A stretch of 63,655 nt of DNA, counting the filler, from Asterionella formosa (lineage: Eukaryota), in NCBI GenBank assembly GCA_002256025.1. It is 18 parts of 18 records of this genome, joined end to end, with 100 filler letters (N's around TTAATTAATTAA, not from the genome) between each part and the next. Parts side by side here need not be neighbours in the genome. Positions count along the whole stretch, not along the records: positions 60,225 to 63,655 come from NKIB01014159.1; 17 more parts are not named here. The stretch is one strand, 5' to 3'. The stretch's first letter is position 1. The number at the start of each line of letters is the position of its first letter. Of the stretch, positions 62,093 through 63,655 are shown piece by piece. The notes under the pieces were generated by a model. That model searched no databases. It saw only the letters and a list, made by a program, of their open reading frames with translations, and was not told the origin of the DNA. A program made the position numbers and the translations under genes.

Positions 62093-63022
62093 CCGGTACT
62101 GATTTACGACATACCGGTATATACCTTTGTGCGTGGAGTGATACTGAAACTACAAACAGCAACGTAGATTCATTATCAACAAATAAACAAGAGCCATGAG
62201 CATGCATGTTGGCATACTCCTATATAATTTATATATGTGTTTTGGCATTGAGCAAAATTGTGTCTACATTCAGCAATGTAGAAAAAGCATAAACATTCAA
62301 ATATATATTTTTCAAATGGAATTCTATCAATCTGGCCCCGATTCCTATTTAATTCAAATATTCAAATGGACACTTGAATCGTGGGAATCCCTGTTCCACG
62401 CCGTTTGTACAACCCTAGCGTTATTTTCTACGAACTAGGGTTAAGCCGGGGCTGCAACTTTAAGGTTTTTTTTCTTTTCTTCACCTTTCTCAGAAGTCGA
62501 ATATTTTAGCGTTTCACGACCCCCCCTATTGGCTGATGGGAAACTGCCGCAGTTGGTGATACCTGCTACCAGGTAGGGTACCTGGAAATTGCGGTCATCA
62601 TTTTGCTGATATTTATAATGCGACGCAGGACAGGCGTTGATTAACATTGAAAACGTCATCAATTCATTCTTTAAGGTTGCTGCCCCGGCTTAACCCTAGT
62701 TTGGAGAAAATATCGCTAGGGTTGTAAAAACGGCGTGGAACAGGGAGTTTTCTACTATGAATTCCCATGATTCGAGTATCCATTTGAATATTTGAATTAA
62801 ATAGGAATCGGCGCCAGATTGATAGAGTTCCATTTTAAACAAACAAAAATGATATTTAAACGTTTATACTATATCCGCATTGCTGAATGAAGACATTATT
62901 CTGCTGAACGCAAAAACACATGTATAAATCAGGAGTACGCCAACATGTCCGCTCATCGTTCGAGTTTAGACGATATATTGAATCTACGCTGCTGTGTGTA
63001 GGCATGATAAAAATCAGAACGG
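62093..63022. mobile_element. Foldback/MITE with >300-bp imperfect inverted arms (about 62150-62465 and 62670-63001)
   Basis: The arms are reverse complements over long blocks (e.g. CTAGGGTTAAGCCGGGGC / GCCCCGGCTTAACCCTAG). The right end reads ATCAGAACGG|TA; the outer left boundary is uncertain. Confidence 0.8.
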
Positions 63023-63070
63023 TACCTGGTACCTGGTACCGAAGCACCAGAGTACCCTGGCATCTGTGTA

Positions 63071-63655
63071 CCACCTAAAAACTGAGAGTCATATAAAGTT
63101 TACCCCATGTTTCGACTCAAACTATTTTAGTCAAATTTCATGGTGACAACAAATCAAGTACGTAGCTAAATGTAGAACAGGCTCTCCGCTTTCAATAGGT
63201 CTGTTTAATTAGTAATGAAGCTTCATAATTCAAGAGATATGAAGTTTTTAAAGTTGATGATTATGGTCGTTTTGTATGACTATCAATATTATATTCAAAT
63301 TCTGGTTTCGATTACCTTATTGTTCACTCTAAAGCTTTTTCCTGCCACAATATTATTTGTCCGTTGCATCATCTACCCATTTATTATTAATTGTTTTCAT
63401 TTTTTAAACCTTAAATAATAATGCGTTTGCCTTTTAACTCAAATATTATTTCAGTTTTTGTGTCAATAATCTTACTTTCATTCGTTTTGATGATGGTTTG
63501 ATATAGATTTATATAGGGATTATTTACGTTCGTCACTAATTAGTGTTCTGCTTACATCAGGCTACTGGTTTGGTATTACTACTATGACAGATGTCAGCCA
63601 AGCGAGAATTTTTTGTTTGATTGCTTGTTTGCTTCTCCACCTTTGCCTCCACCTT
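63071..63655 (+). mobile_element. Second copy of the TA|CCACC repeat, running to the window end
   Basis: Direct match to 59638-60124 over the first ~455 bp. The other terminus is not seen. Confidence 0.8.

Overview
This window is not one locus. It is 18 unrelated contigs of about 3.43-3.45 kb, roughly size-sorted and joined by artificial 100-nt linkers (N44-TTAATTAATTAA-N44), so neighbourhoods across linkers mean nothing. The source is a eukaryotic nuclear genome, most likely a diatom: short GT-AG introns, ASAF-type bipartite plastid presequences, an LHC/FCP gene and CoDi-like Copia elements. Host genes include gamma-glutamyl hydrolase, plastid citramalate synthase, a heat-shock factor, Rab GGTase alpha, an LHC, a SAM-carrier-like MCF protein, TRF4/PAPD5, a heme-peroxidase-like protein and an intronless LRR-ARM protein. 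Much of the rest is decayed transposons (Copia, Gypsy, Harbinger/ISL2EU, Tc1/IS630-like, Kolobok/Mutator-like, Crypton-like, MITEs). Three signals stand out. (1) Intergenic TACCGGTA/TACCAGGTA/TACCTGGTA motifs are, in three internal alignments, insertions at TA, consistent with accumulated transposon excision footprints; candidate source elements with TA|CC termini lie in the window. (2) A hairpin with compensatory changes is conserved just downstream of the transposase in Kolobok-like copies. (3) The LRR-ARM protein has hypervariable surface positions and ends at a telomere-like tract. All assignments come from reading motifs by eye; no searches were run.
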